A stretch of DNA of 64,000 nt from a virus (lineage: Duplodnaviria; Caudoviricetes). Where the stretch lies: IMG/VR virus record IMGVR_UViG_3300009873_000008, positions 1 through 64,000 of that record. One strand, written 5' to 3'. Positions 1-8,800 of this stretch are shown here, piece by piece; the first letter of the stretch is position 1; each line of letters opens with the position of its first letter. The translations under genes and the position numbers were made by a program. The notes beneath the pieces are model-generated. The model saw only the letters and a list, made by a program, of their open reading frames with translations. It made no database searches and was not told the origin of the DNA.

Positions 1-115
1 CCACTTCCTGTTCTGACTTCATACGACGAAAGCGGCCGGTGGGCCCTACATACCGTGGAGCAGCCCGGCCGTTGTAACCGCTCGCAAAGGCGTCGGGACT
101 CGGCAGCTTGGACAC
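1..115 (-). CDS. Hypothetical protein, 5' part only (runs off window start)
   Basis: GTG at 115 lies 6 nt after GGGG-TAGGAC (127..122); frame MSKLPSPDAFASGYNGR... is open to position 1. Confidence 0.4.
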   Translation of the reverse strand, partial: MSKLPSPDAFASGYNGRAAPRYVGPTGRFRRMKSEQEV

Positions 116-211
116 GCAGCTGTCCTACCCCTCGGCCGCGACGCTCCGCCGCCGCAACCGTTCCATAACTCCTGCACTTACATCGCGTTCTGATCCCCGC
201 GCGCGCGGGGA

Positions 212-1090
212 TCAACAACGCCGCTCGTCGCCCCACGTCTTCCGCGTCTTGATGCTGCTGATGGTCGTCGGGTGGACCTGATACTCGGCCGCCAGGGCGG
301 CTTGCAGAGCACCGGCCTTGAGCTTGGTGCGGATCTCTTCGACCTGCGCAGCCGACAGGAAGTGGTTGCCGTGTCCTTCGCCATAGGCGTGGTTGCAGCG
401 CATCCTCTCCTTCCGGTCGGCGGTGTTCTGAACCTGAGTCCCGTCGATCAGGTGGGCCGGATTGCAGCACGGCGGGTTGTCGCACGTGTGGCGGACGAGC
501 TTGTTCGTCGAGACGTAGCCGTTGCTCAGAACGTAGGCGATGCGGTGCGCGCGAAGCACGCGCTTGAAGTCAGGTCGGGTGAGCTTGAAGGCTCCGTGGC
601 CGTACCAGAACGTCGCTCCGGTCCAAGGCCAGCACTCCTCTGACGTCTTTCGGTCGACGTGTGACCAGAACCTCGCGGCCTCTTCCTCGGTCAACGTCGG
701 ATAGTGCCGCGCACCGACCGTAGGATTGGCAACGCGCTGACGGAGCTTCCGGTCTTCTCTGGACACTGGCCCGTGCTTGGCGGCGTACGCGTGTGCCTGC
801 GCCTCGCTCTGGGTGCCGACTTTCTGGTGCGCTGGGTTCACGCACGCCGGGTTCTGGCAGGTCGGGTAAAGCAACACGTCGAGTGGTAGCGCGCCCACGA
901 CCAATTCGTAGGCCACGCGGGGTGCCGCCAGCGGCTGCTTGTTGACTCTCACGATCCCGCGGCCGGCTCCGGTCTTCGCTTTCGCGATCCACGGCCAGCA
1001 CGCGTTGGGTCCGCCGCTGCGATCGACCTTCTTCCAGAAGAGACCCGTCTGCGCGGGCGTGAGAGTCGGGTACGGACGCGGCTTGCCCAT
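212..1090 (-). CDS. Free-standing HNH homing endonuclease with two HNH-like repeats (first degenerate) and a C-terminal HTH
   Basis: FWxxVD..CWPW twice; AHRIAY and VRHTCDNPPCCNPAHL in the second repeat, APRVAY/PTCQNPACVNPAH in the first; ATG 1090 with GGAG 6 nt upstream. Confidence 0.9.
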   Translation of the reverse strand: MGKPRPYPTLTPAQTGLFWKKVDRSGGPNACWPWIAKAKTGAGRGIVRVNKQPLAAPRVAYELVVGALPLDVLLYPTCQNPACVNPAHQKVGTQSEAQAHAYAAKHGPVSREDRKLRQRVANPTVGARHYPTLTEEEAARFWSHVDRKTSEECWPWTGATFWYGHGAFKLTRPDFKRVLRAHRIAYVLSNGYVSTNKLVRHTCDNPPCCNPAHLIDGTQVQNTADRKERMRCNHAYGEGHGNHFLSAAQVEEIRTKLKAGALQAALAAEYQVHPTTISSIKTRKTWGDERRC

Positions 1091-1095
1091 AAACA

Positions 1096-1131
1096 CTCCG
1101 GGCCGGGATGTTGAGTTATCCCGGCCCGGAG
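1096..1131 (-). terminator. 14-bp GC-rich hairpin after the capsid gene; its 3' arm contains the HNH Shine-Dalgarno
   Basis: CTCCGGGCCGGGAT-(8 nt)-ATCCCGGCCCGGAG perfect inverted repeat; only a weak U tract (TGTTT) follows. Confidence 0.55.
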
Positions 1132-1169
1132 AGATTGACCTAGCTAGCCTTCCCCGTCAAGGGGTTAGC

Positions 1170-2618
1170 TTAGGTCAAATTGTCGACCTCCACGCGGGCG
1201 AAGAACTCCGGCCGGGCCAGAGTGATCTTGTGGCGGGTCCTGACCGAGCGCCGGAGCGATTGGTCGTTCGGATCCACGAACAGCGGCGTCATCTCCATCG
1301 GGATGTACGGGCTGTAGACGATGCCCGTGTCCAGGATCGACGGGCCCTGGTAGCCCATCAGGATCTGGTTGGGCGGGAAGAGCGGGTCGATGAAGATGAC
1401 CCACTTCCGCTGGAGCACGCCCTGCTTGATGATGCCGCCCTGGTAGACGTGCCCCTCGTCCACCGCCACGAAGCCGTCGATGTTGTCGAACAGCGACGCG
1501 ATGTCCGACGACGTGATGATCCAGTTCGCCGGAGCGCGCTGGGTCCGCCGGTGGACGATGTGCGCCGCGCGCGACAGCCGGATCACGAGCGACTTGAGGT
1601 GCTCGGGGTCCGACACGCCGCTCGGGGTCGCCCGGTCCCACTTGACCACGGCCACGGGCTCGACCGCGTTGAGCGCCGTACCGGCGATCTCACGGTCGAT
1701 CTCAGCCGTCATCTCGTCGGACATGATCGCGACCTGGTCCGCGTCGATGTCGCGGCCCCAGAGCGCGCGCAGGTCGTCCGCCGACTCGACCGACGCCAGC
1801 GCCTTCACCTTGCGGCTCTCGGCGCGGATCTCCTTGATCTCCACGTCGAGTTGGATCTCGGGGATCCGGCTGTTCAGTTCGTTGTCGTAGCGGTACTCGA
1901 CGGTGATGACCTGGGCCGCGACCGGAGCCGTGCCGAAGGTCAGCGAGAGCAGGCCGGTCGTGTAGTTGATCGACCCGCTGCCACCCGCCATCGCCGTGCC
2001 CGCCACCACGTTGAACGCGCCCGCCGCGTTGTCCGTGGCCACCACGACGCCGTCCAGCTTGACCACCACGGTCGCCGCCCGGGGGCGGGGCCACTGGAGG
2101 TTGCGGCTGTAGTTCAGCGTCGCGCCGTCACCGGTGCCGTACGGCTCACCGTCGACGAAGTCGCTGGTGTACCACTTGTTCAGCACCTTGTTCATCTCGG
2201 TGCCGGCCGCGATCGAGCCCTTGTCGGAGCCGTAGCGCGGACGGTAGAACGCCACGCCGCCGACCGGACCGGTCATCGGCTGGACGCTCGCGATCTGAGT
2301 CGCGACGAGACGCACGGCCGTCCGGCGCAGCACCGGCAGGACGTACTTCATGAAGGGGCCGACCGACAGCGCGCGCGTCTCCTCCGACAGCCGGCGCAGG
2401 TGCCGGATCTCGGACTCGATCATGAGCGCCGCGATGCCCTTCACGTAGTGGGCCTGCGCGGGCGTGCAGCCCGGGCCGATGTCCTCCTCGATCCCGTGGA
2501 GCATCTTGCCCCACTTCGCGATGTACTTGTTGATGGCGGGACCGTCGCGATCGAGGGACGGGCTCAGGCCGTTGCCCGCCCCCTCCTGCAACATCCGCCG
2601 TGCGGTCAACATGCTCAT
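1170..2618 (-). CDS. Major capsid protein, T4 gp23-like
   Basis: SVQPMTGPVG motif, RKVKA..S.E...DLRA.WG.DID, W.IFIDP, MGYQG...DTGIVYSPYIP; last gene of a portal-core-protease-capsid block. Confidence 0.95.
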   Translation of the reverse strand: MSMLTARRMLQEGAGNGLSPSLDRDGPAINKYIAKWGKMLHGIEEDIGPGCTPAQAHYVKGIAALMIESEIRHLRRLSEETRALSVGPFMKYVLPVLRRTAVRLVATQIASVQPMTGPVGGVAFYRPRYGSDKGSIAAGTEMNKVLNKWYTSDFVDGEPYGTGDGATLNYSRNLQWPRPRAATVVVKLDGVVVATDNAAGAFNVVAGTAMAGGSGSINYTTGLLSLTFGTAPVAAQVITVEYRYDNELNSRIPEIQLDVEIKEIRAESRKVKALASVESADDLRALWGRDIDADQVAIMSDEMTAEIDREIAGTALNAVEPVAVVKWDRATPSGVSDPEHLKSLVIRLSRAAHIVHRRTQRAPANWIITSSDIASLFDNIDGFVAVDEGHVYQGGIIKQGVLQRKWVIFIDPLFPPNQILMGYQGPSILDTGIVYSPYIPMEMTPLFVDPNDQSLRRSVRTRHKITLARPEFFARVEVDNLT

Positions 2619-2624
2619 GCTGAA

Positions 2625-4397
2625 CTACCTCCTTGCCGCCGGACGGGTGTGCCCCGTCAGGACGATCGCCTCGGTAAGGTTGAGCCCGACCTCACGCAGG
2701 TCGCTGGCCGCCTCACCCGTCTCCTGGAGACCGAGTTCTTCGGCCGCGTCGGCCGTCTTGCGCTCGTCCTCCGTCATGGTCTCGCGTCCGATGCTCATCG
2801 CTCGGCGCACGCGCTCGCGCACGCCGCCCGGCTCCTGCGCGCCCTGCTCCAGGCGCGTCGTGGCCTTGTCGACGGCTTCCTTCGACTTGAGTCGGCCGCC
2901 GAGCACCGACTCGACGATCTCCGACGCCTTGCGGTGACCAGCGGTACGCTGCATGGCGTAGGCGACGAGCGCGGTGCGCTCCGTCTCCTCCAGCGCGTCG
3001 GCGAGGGCTTCCTCGCGCTCGATCAGCGCCTGCTTCGCGTGGGCCAGTTCGGCGTCCTTCTCGGCGATCAGCTTCTGGAAGCTGGACTCGACCGCCTCGA
3101 TGCGAGACGTGACGTCCGCCACCAGCTTGCGGGCCGCCGTGGTCTCGCGCTGCGCGCTGCGCTCGATCTGACGGATGCGCTCCTCGGCGCTCGCCGAGAT
3201 CGACTCGCTGGTCTTCTTGGCCTGGGCCAGGGCGGCGTCGACCTTGGTCTTCAGTTCTTCGGCCGTCTTGATCTCGCTCAGGTTGATGAGCTTCTTGATC
3301 TCCGCCGCGGCCGGGTGACCGGCCACGCACTGCTCCAGGTAGAGCGCGAAGGACAGCGTCTTGCCCTGGCCGGTGAGGCGCGCGATGGCCTCCTCCTGCT
3401 CGCGCATCTTGCGCGCCTGGGCGTCGAGCGTCTTCTTCAGGTCGGCGGTGGCCGTGTCGCGCTCGGACAGCATCTTCTGCACGTCGGGCGTCGGCCGGTA
3501 GGGCGAGAGCATCTCGCCGATCTTCTGGAGCGTCATCTTGGCGCCAGCGATGGTCGGGTCGGACGACAGGTCGCTCTTGACCTCTTCGGTGATCTGGTCG
3601 CGCATCTCCGCGATGGCGCGCACGAGCTTGGTCGCGAAGTCCTCGCGCAACTGGGCGCGAATCTCGTCGTAGACCTCCAGCTTGACGTCGTCGCGGATCT
3701 TGTCCTTGCCGAGGCGGATGCCTTCTTCGGCCTGGCGCTCGACCTCCTGCCGGATCTCGTCGCGGGAGACGTCCTCGCAGACCTGCTGCGCGGTGGCGTA
3801 CGCCTTCTCCTCGATCGCCTGGACGAGCGCCGGGAAGCGCGCCCGGAGGTGGTCCTCCGTGACCTTCTGCTCCTCGTCCTCGGACATGATCGCCGGGTAG
3901 GCGTCGTGGCACGCCGGATCGCTGACGAAGTCCCAGGTGTTGAGCCGGAAGTCCTCGCCCACCACGTCGTGTCCGTTCGGACCGGTCGTGGTGGAGCCGA
4001 GACCCCGGCTGGACATCCCGACGGCCGCACCGCGGCGCAGGAACGCCGCGATGGCCTGTCCAGCCGGAGCCTCTTCCACGACCTCGAAGCGCCCGTGGAT
4101 CGCACCGTTGTTCTCGATCCACAGGTCCCGCACGATGGCGCCCGAGTCCTTGATCCGGGTCTTGCCGTCACCCGGATGGTCGACCGCGGCGTAGACCGAC
4201 GCCTGCTCGATCCTCGGCTTCAGCCGCTTGATCTCCCGCTCCATGATGGTGCGGGGATACACACGGCCGTTGGCCGTCGCGACGTCGCAGTGGCCGATCT
4301 TCCCCTCGACGACGAGGGCACCACCGCCCTTCCCTTCCACCACGTTCAGGCGGACTGGACCGGACGTATCGACCAGGACTCGACGAACGGCACTCAT
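2625..4397 (-). CDS. Prohead protease (T4 gp21-like) fused to a long coiled-coil scaffold-like region
   Basis: N-terminal NGRVYP, VDHP, GMSSRGLGS, WDFVSDPA motifs; about 400 aa E/K/A/R-rich helical C-terminus. Confidence 0.9.
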   Translation of the reverse strand: MSAVRRVLVDTSGPVRLNVVEGKGGGALVVEGKIGHCDVATANGRVYPRTIMEREIKRLKPRIEQASVYAAVDHPGDGKTRIKDSGAIVRDLWIENNGAIHGRFEVVEEAPAGQAIAAFLRRGAAVGMSSRGLGSTTTGPNGHDVVGEDFRLNTWDFVSDPACHDAYPAIMSEDEEQKVTEDHLRARFPALVQAIEEKAYATAQQVCEDVSRDEIRQEVERQAEEGIRLGKDKIRDDVKLEVYDEIRAQLREDFATKLVRAIAEMRDQITEEVKSDLSSDPTIAGAKMTLQKIGEMLSPYRPTPDVQKMLSERDTATADLKKTLDAQARKMREQEEAIARLTGQGKTLSFALYLEQCVAGHPAAAEIKKLINLSEIKTAEELKTKVDAALAQAKKTSESISASAEERIRQIERSAQRETTAARKLVADVTSRIEAVESSFQKLIAEKDAELAHAKQALIEREEALADALEETERTALVAYAMQRTAGHRKASEIVESVLGGRLKSKEAVDKATTRLEQGAQEPGGVRERVRRAMSIGRETMTEDERKTADAAEELGLQETGEAASDLREVGLNLTEAIVLTGHTRPAARR

Positions 4398-4454
4398 CGT
4401 GTTTGCTCCGATCTCACTTGTTGATGAAGACAGACAGTCGAACAGCGCGACGCG

Positions 4455-5573
4455 CTAGTCGACCTGCTTCATCACCTCCGCCGCGTCGTGCAGGTCGGCC
4501 GCGAGCGACTCCAGGTCGGACTCGACGTGCTCCAGGTTGACCTTGCCGCTGTCGAGCGCCTCGATGATCTGGGCGGCGTGGCCGGCGATCTGCTCCAGGT
4601 GGCGCCCCACCTGGACGCGCGGGTCCTGCTCGGCGTCGAAGCCCTCGTCCTCCTCGACGGCCTGCTTGACCTCGGCCGCGATGGCCTCCATCCAGGTGTG
4701 GGCGGTCTCGCCGATGGAGGTGAAGCCCTCCTTCAGTTCCTCCGCCTTGCGGCGGAAGTCCACGTCGCCGCGGACGGCCTCCTTCAGCGCGCCCAGGTTG
4801 GCGACCAGTTCCGACAGGGGGTTCCCGTCCTGCTCGACGTCGCTCGCGAGGCGCTTCGACTTCTTCAGCGAGCGCATCCGGCGCATCGCGCCGCCACCCT
4901 TGCTGGCCTTGCCGGCCGCCAGGAACCGCTTGGCCTTCTTCTCGGCGCGGATCTCGTCGGCGGTCTTGCGGACGCGCTGACCGGACGCGGTGTACTTCAT
5001 CCGGTTGATGCCGCCCTTGCGGCCCTGCTGGCGCTCCTTCTTCATCTTCTTGACGGCGCCGCGGGTCAGCCGGCGCTTCTTGCCGCCCTTGAAGCGGAAG
5101 CGGCGCATCTCGTCGAGCAGGCCGGTCTGCTGGGCGATGTACTCGTACGCCTCGATCACGCCGACCATCTCGTCGTGACCGACCTCGGCGCCCTCGTCCT
5201 CGGCCAGCTGCTCGTAGAACTGCCCGAGCACGTCGATCGCCGCCCCGAGCTTCTCGTCGCTCTCGACCATGGCAGCGAAGTCGGGATCGACCTCGACGTC
5301 CTCCTCGGCCTCGTCCTCGTCTTCGTCCTCGTCGTCCTCCTCGTCGTCGTCCTCGTCCGCCTCGTCGTCGGACTCGTCGTTGGCCTCCTCGTCGTCCTGC
5401 TCGTCGATCTCGTCCTCGACGGTCTCCTCGACCTCCTCGGCCTCCTCGGGCTGCCGCTGCGCGGTGCCGTTGGCGGGCGCGGGAGCGGTGGTGGCGTCCT
5501 CGAACAGGTGCTCGATGCCGAGGAGCTTGACGTCCTCCTCGAACGTGGTGACTGGGCCAATGTCGTGGTTCAT
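4455..5573 (-). CDS. Probable prohead core protein (very acidic tract followed by a K/R-rich block)
   Basis: Lies between portal and protease like T4 gp67/gp68; D/E run of about 50 aa; GLLDE followed by MRRFRFKGGKKRR; GGAG RBS. Confidence 0.6.
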   Translation of the reverse strand: MNHDIGPVTTFEEDVKLLGIEHLFEDATTAPAPANGTAQRQPEEAEEVEETVEDEIDEQDDEEANDESDDEADEDDDEEDDEDEDEDEAEEDVEVDPDFAAMVESDEKLGAAIDVLGQFYEQLAEDEGAEVGHDEMVGVIEAYEYIAQQTGLLDEMRRFRFKGGKKRRLTRGAVKKMKKERQQGRKGGINRMKYTASGQRVRKTADEIRAEKKAKRFLAAGKASKGGGAMRRMRSLKKSKRLASDVEQDGNPLSELVANLGALKEAVRGDVDFRRKAEELKEGFTSIGETAHTWMEAIAAEVKQAVEEDEGFDAEQDPRVQVGRHLEQIAGHAAQIIEALDSGKVNLEHVESDLESLAADLHDAAEVMKQVD

Positions 5574-5600
5574 CGGTTTCTCTCCTTGTTCGTCTCGGGG

Positions 5601-6437
5601 CTACTTCCGGTCGCTCAGGCTCGCGAGGAAACGGACCCCGAGCCGAAGCTGGTTGGCAACGGCACCCACTCCTTCGTAGATGCCAGTCATCTCTTCCACG
5701 TTCGTCTTGGCGACGGAGGAGAGCGCTTGGATCGCGTACTTGAGATCCGCCACGATGTCGCGAGCGGCCTCCTGGATCGCGACCGGAGTTCCGGTACGCT
5801 CGGCGAGCTTCTTCACCGCGCTCGACGCCTGAGCCGCGTCTTCCACGAGCGCGGCGCGCAGCGTCTCGATCGCCTCACCGAGCGCCTTCTCATCGTTCGG
5901 CTGGGCGATCTGGATGGCCTCGACTGCGCCGATCTGGTGCGCGCGCTCTCGCACCACCTGATGCCACCAGGCGGTGCGGTTGATTGACCGCTTGGCGACC
6001 TCGGACGAGATTCGGCGGTGCAGGTCGCCGGAGGTGTAGATCGCGTTCGCGATAGCAGCGACCATCGGCGTGGCAGATTCGATGTCGTCGTCGAGGATCT
6101 TGTCGACCGCCGCCTTGGCGGTCTCGAACACCTCACCGGCCACATCGGGCGTCGGCTGGGCGAGCGCGAACACCTCGATCTTGTCGAAGGTGATGTTGCC
6201 CTGCTCGTCCTCGTTCACGCGCACGCGCATCTGCGCGCCGTCCTTGGTCACGAGCGCGTGGTGCGGGTAGGTGGCGATCAGTTCAGCCGGGCCGCCGGCC
6301 CAGTCAGACGATGCCGCGGCGGCAGCGATCCGCTCGCGGCGAGCCTCCAGCGACTCGCTCTTGATCTTCATCAGCACGTCGTCTTCGTAACCGCGAACGG
6401 TCCGAAGGACGTCGACGACAGCCGCTGGTTTGGACAC
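5601..6437 (-). CDS. Hypothetical head-assembly region protein
   Basis: 278 aa ORF with typical codon use, GGGAG upstream, co-oriented inside the head module. Confidence 0.65.
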   Translation of the reverse strand: MSKPAAVVDVLRTVRGYEDDVLMKIKSESLEARRERIAAAAASSDWAGGPAELIATYPHHALVTKDGAQMRVRVNEDEQGNITFDKIEVFALAQPTPDVAGEVFETAKAAVDKILDDDIESATPMVAAIANAIYTSGDLHRRISSEVAKRSINRTAWWHQVVRERAHQIGAVEAIQIAQPNDEKALGEAIETLRAALVEDAAQASSAVKKLAERTGTPVAIQEAARDIVADLKYAIQALSSVAKTNVEEMTGIYEGVGAVANQLRLGVRFLASLSDRK

Positions 6438-6526
6438 TGAACGCGCTCCCGTAGGAACGGTTCTAGTGTCTACAGTTATCCCCGCCTAGTCCTTTGTCGC
6501 CCTTATCCAAAGATGCCGGGATAGAA

Positions 6527-8800
6527 CTATCCCTGAACTCGGCGGGCCGTCCTGACGCGCGAACGGGCGCTGGGAAGCGCAGTGATGTGACCGCTGCGCG
6601 CCGTACGGAAGGCGGTGTCCTTGACCAACGACATGAAGTCGCGGCGAGCCCGCTCCTGGACGGAGAACGTATCGTCTTGCCGTTCCATGAGTTGCCCCAG
6701 CTTCTCCATGATCTCTCGGTGGTTCTTGCGGCTCTGGTTGTAGCGCCACTCCTCCAGGCGCCGCGAGCGGTCCCACGCCTTCATCTCCTCGGGCTCCTTC
6801 GGCCGCCGCTGCGGCGACTCGTCGGTCGTCCCGGGCTCGTCCGGGGCGCCGGGCGCCCCGCCGGGTTGCTCACCAGGGGGAGGCGGAGGCATTCCACCGC
6901 CGCCCATCATCGCCATGAACGGATTGCCTTCCTCCTGCTCCTTCTTGCGCTGCTTCTCGATCTGCTTGATCTGCTCGTCGGACCACTTGAAGACGTTCTC
7001 CTGGATCCATCGCAGCGACGCGTAGGGAGTCACGCGCGCCGCGAAGTCGGCACGCGCGTTCAACGTCTCGTACGCAACCAGTTCCCAGATGCCCGACGGA
7101 ACGGTCATGCAGACGTTGAACTCGGGCGACCAGGGGTCCTTCACGCCGCGGGCGGCCAGGTGGATGCGCCCGATCCGCTCGTAGCCGAGTCGCATCTCTC
7201 GCTGAAGATTCAGCGTCGTGCGCGCTGCGCGCACGTCCTCGTTGGAGAGGATGCCCTTGCCCTGGATGGGCTCGTCCTGGCCCAGCCACGCGCGGGGCAC
7301 GTTCAGCGTGCCGTGGAGCATCCGCTTGAAGTAGTCGAGATCTTCGACCGTGTTCCAGTCGGGCGCCGACAGGATGTCAACACCGGCCAGGTCCCGGCCT
7401 TCGCGCACAGCGACGATGATGTCCTCGTCCTGCGCGAACGCGCCGTAGCGCATGTCGAACCTACCGGTCTTCGGATTCACGAACCGGCGCTTGCGCAGAT
7501 CACGCTTCATCTTGCGCAGGTGTGCCTCGACTCGATCCGGCGGAACGTCGGTCACGTCCACGCGGTAGAGGTAGCGCGGGATCCGGTTGAGCCGATAGAT
7601 GATCGCGATGTCTTCCAGGATGATGATCCGCTTCCAGATCCATCGCGCGGGCTCGGCGACCGAGACGCCGTAGGGCGAACGCCGTCGGGTCCCGCGCAGG
7701 CGCATGTGGCAGACCTGCCAGTCCTCGAAGAGCGCCAGGTTGGGCGGGATCTCAACGTTGCCGGCGAGCATCGTGCGAAGCTCGTGGCTGTTCGCGGTGA
7801 ACTGGCCGGTGATGTCCTGGACGTAGCCGATCAGACCACCGTCCAGGGCCTCCACGCGGCGCATGGTCGGCGCTGGCAGGTGATTCAGGCCGATGACACC
7901 GTCTTCTGTGACGAGGAGTTCGTTGTACTCGTTCCCGTACATGCCGAGCGAGTACGCCTGGCTCCACGCTTCGTCCTCGATCTTGAGCTTCTTCTTGAGC
8001 AGATCGTCGACGATCCCAACGACCGCGTCGTCGTCGCCCTCGGTCCACACCGTGCGGTTGTTCTGGATGTTGGGCTGAGTCGAGTCGTTCGCGTAATAGC
8101 GGAACGTCGAGTTGTGGACCACGATCCCGTTGGCGATGAAGTTGTGAGTCTCGGTCGTGATGTCGTAGACCTTCGCCGTGCCGTCCGGCTTCGGATCGGC
8201 GATCAGTTCGCGCAGGCCGAACTTGGGAACGACCATCATCGACGTCGAGTGCTGATCGTAGCCGGCCCACATGCCCACCGACTTCGCGCCGACCTTGAGA
8301 TCCTTGGCCTCGATGTAGCCGTCGGTGGTGAGGATCTTGTGATCCGGCGTGCAGCGGATCTTGTAGTCGCCGCCGAAGTCGAGCAGCACGACGTCTGCGC
8401 TCAGACTGGTGAGGCGCGGGTGGAGCGCAGCAACTTTGACCATCTTCCGCGAGTGAACGTCGAACCCGAGAATCGTCTGGCCTCCGGCCCCCTTGGCCAC
8501 GTCTTCGATCGTCATCGCACGAAGGATCGTGTTGCCCTCGACCGCGATCACCATCGTGCCTTCGGCCAGGCATCCGATGTCTGGGTACTCCTCCATCGCC
8601 TCATAGTCGGCGAGGCGATCGATCAGCGACTGAGAGACAGAGAGAAGTCCGGCCGTCTCTTCCCGACCGAAGGTCGAGAAGATCGACGCCGGCTGCGCCA
8701 TCGCTGCCGCGGTCGCCGGGGATTCGGCGTTCGATCTCTCTTCACGCTCTGCGCCGAAAACGATGCGCAGAGCTTCGATCGCACGATCACGAAGGGCCAT
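6527..8800 (-). CDS. Portal protein (T4 gp20-like) with a mini-intein
   Basis: DYEAMEEYPDIG|STFRYYAND after intein removal; MYGNEY, PYGVSVAE.ARWIWK, EDIAIIYR..R.P.RY.YRVDV, DLDYFKRML...LNVP; Pro/Gly-rich tail. Confidence 0.9.
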   Translation of the reverse strand: MALRDRAIEALRIVFGAEREERSNAESPATAAAMAQPASIFSTFGREETAGLLSVSQSLIDRLADYEAMEEYPDIGCLAEGTMVIAVEGNTILRAMTIEDVAKGAGGQTILGFDVHSRKMVKVAALHPRLTSLSADVVLLDFGGDYKIRCTPDHKILTTDGYIEAKDLKVGAKSVGMWAGYDQHSTSMMVVPKFGLRELIADPKPDGTAKVYDITTETHNFIANGIVVHNSTFRYYANDSTQPNIQNNRTVWTEGDDDAVVGIVDDLLKKKLKIEDEAWSQAYSLGMYGNEYNELLVTEDGVIGLNHLPAPTMRRVEALDGGLIGYVQDITGQFTANSHELRTMLAGNVEIPPNLALFEDWQVCHMRLRGTRRRSPYGVSVAEPARWIWKRIIILEDIAIIYRLNRIPRYLYRVDVTDVPPDRVEAHLRKMKRDLRKRRFVNPKTGRFDMRYGAFAQDEDIIVAVREGRDLAGVDILSAPDWNTVEDLDYFKRMLHGTLNVPRAWLGQDEPIQGKGILSNEDVRAARTTLNLQREMRLGYERIGRIHLAARGVKDPWSPEFNVCMTVPSGIWELVAYETLNARADFAARVTPYASLRWIQENVFKWSDEQIKQIEKQRKKEQEEGNPFMAMMGGGGMPPPPPGEQPGGAPGAPDEPGTTDESPQRRPKEPEEMKAWDRSRRLEEWRYNQSRKNHREIMEKLGQLMERQDDTFSVQERARRDFMSLVKDTAFRTARSGHITALPSARSRVRTARRVQG
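8111..8572 (-). mobile_element. Mini-intein (154 aa, no endonuclease) in the portal
   Basis: Starts CLAEGT, block B IRCTPDHKILT, block F KVYDITTETHNFIANG, ends VVHN followed by Ser. Confidence 0.95.

Noticed and set aside
125-166. 13-codon ORF with an AGGAG RBS after the HNH gene
   Set aside because: Too short to assess; its stop coincides with the TAGGAC promoter-like element
4398-4454. In-frame stop-free gap between the core protein and the protease
   Set aside because: Codons are non-coding-like and the protease has its own GGAG-ATG; in-frame spacing is expected by chance one time in three
1110-6485. GGGATAACT at about 1113-1122 and 6475-6483 as a late promoter
   Set aside because: Only two copies seen; not enough to call a motif
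8590-8630. SLIDRLADYE in the portal resembles the accessory tag
   Set aside because: It lies in the conserved portal N-terminal helix leading to DYE.M, so probably a coincidental match
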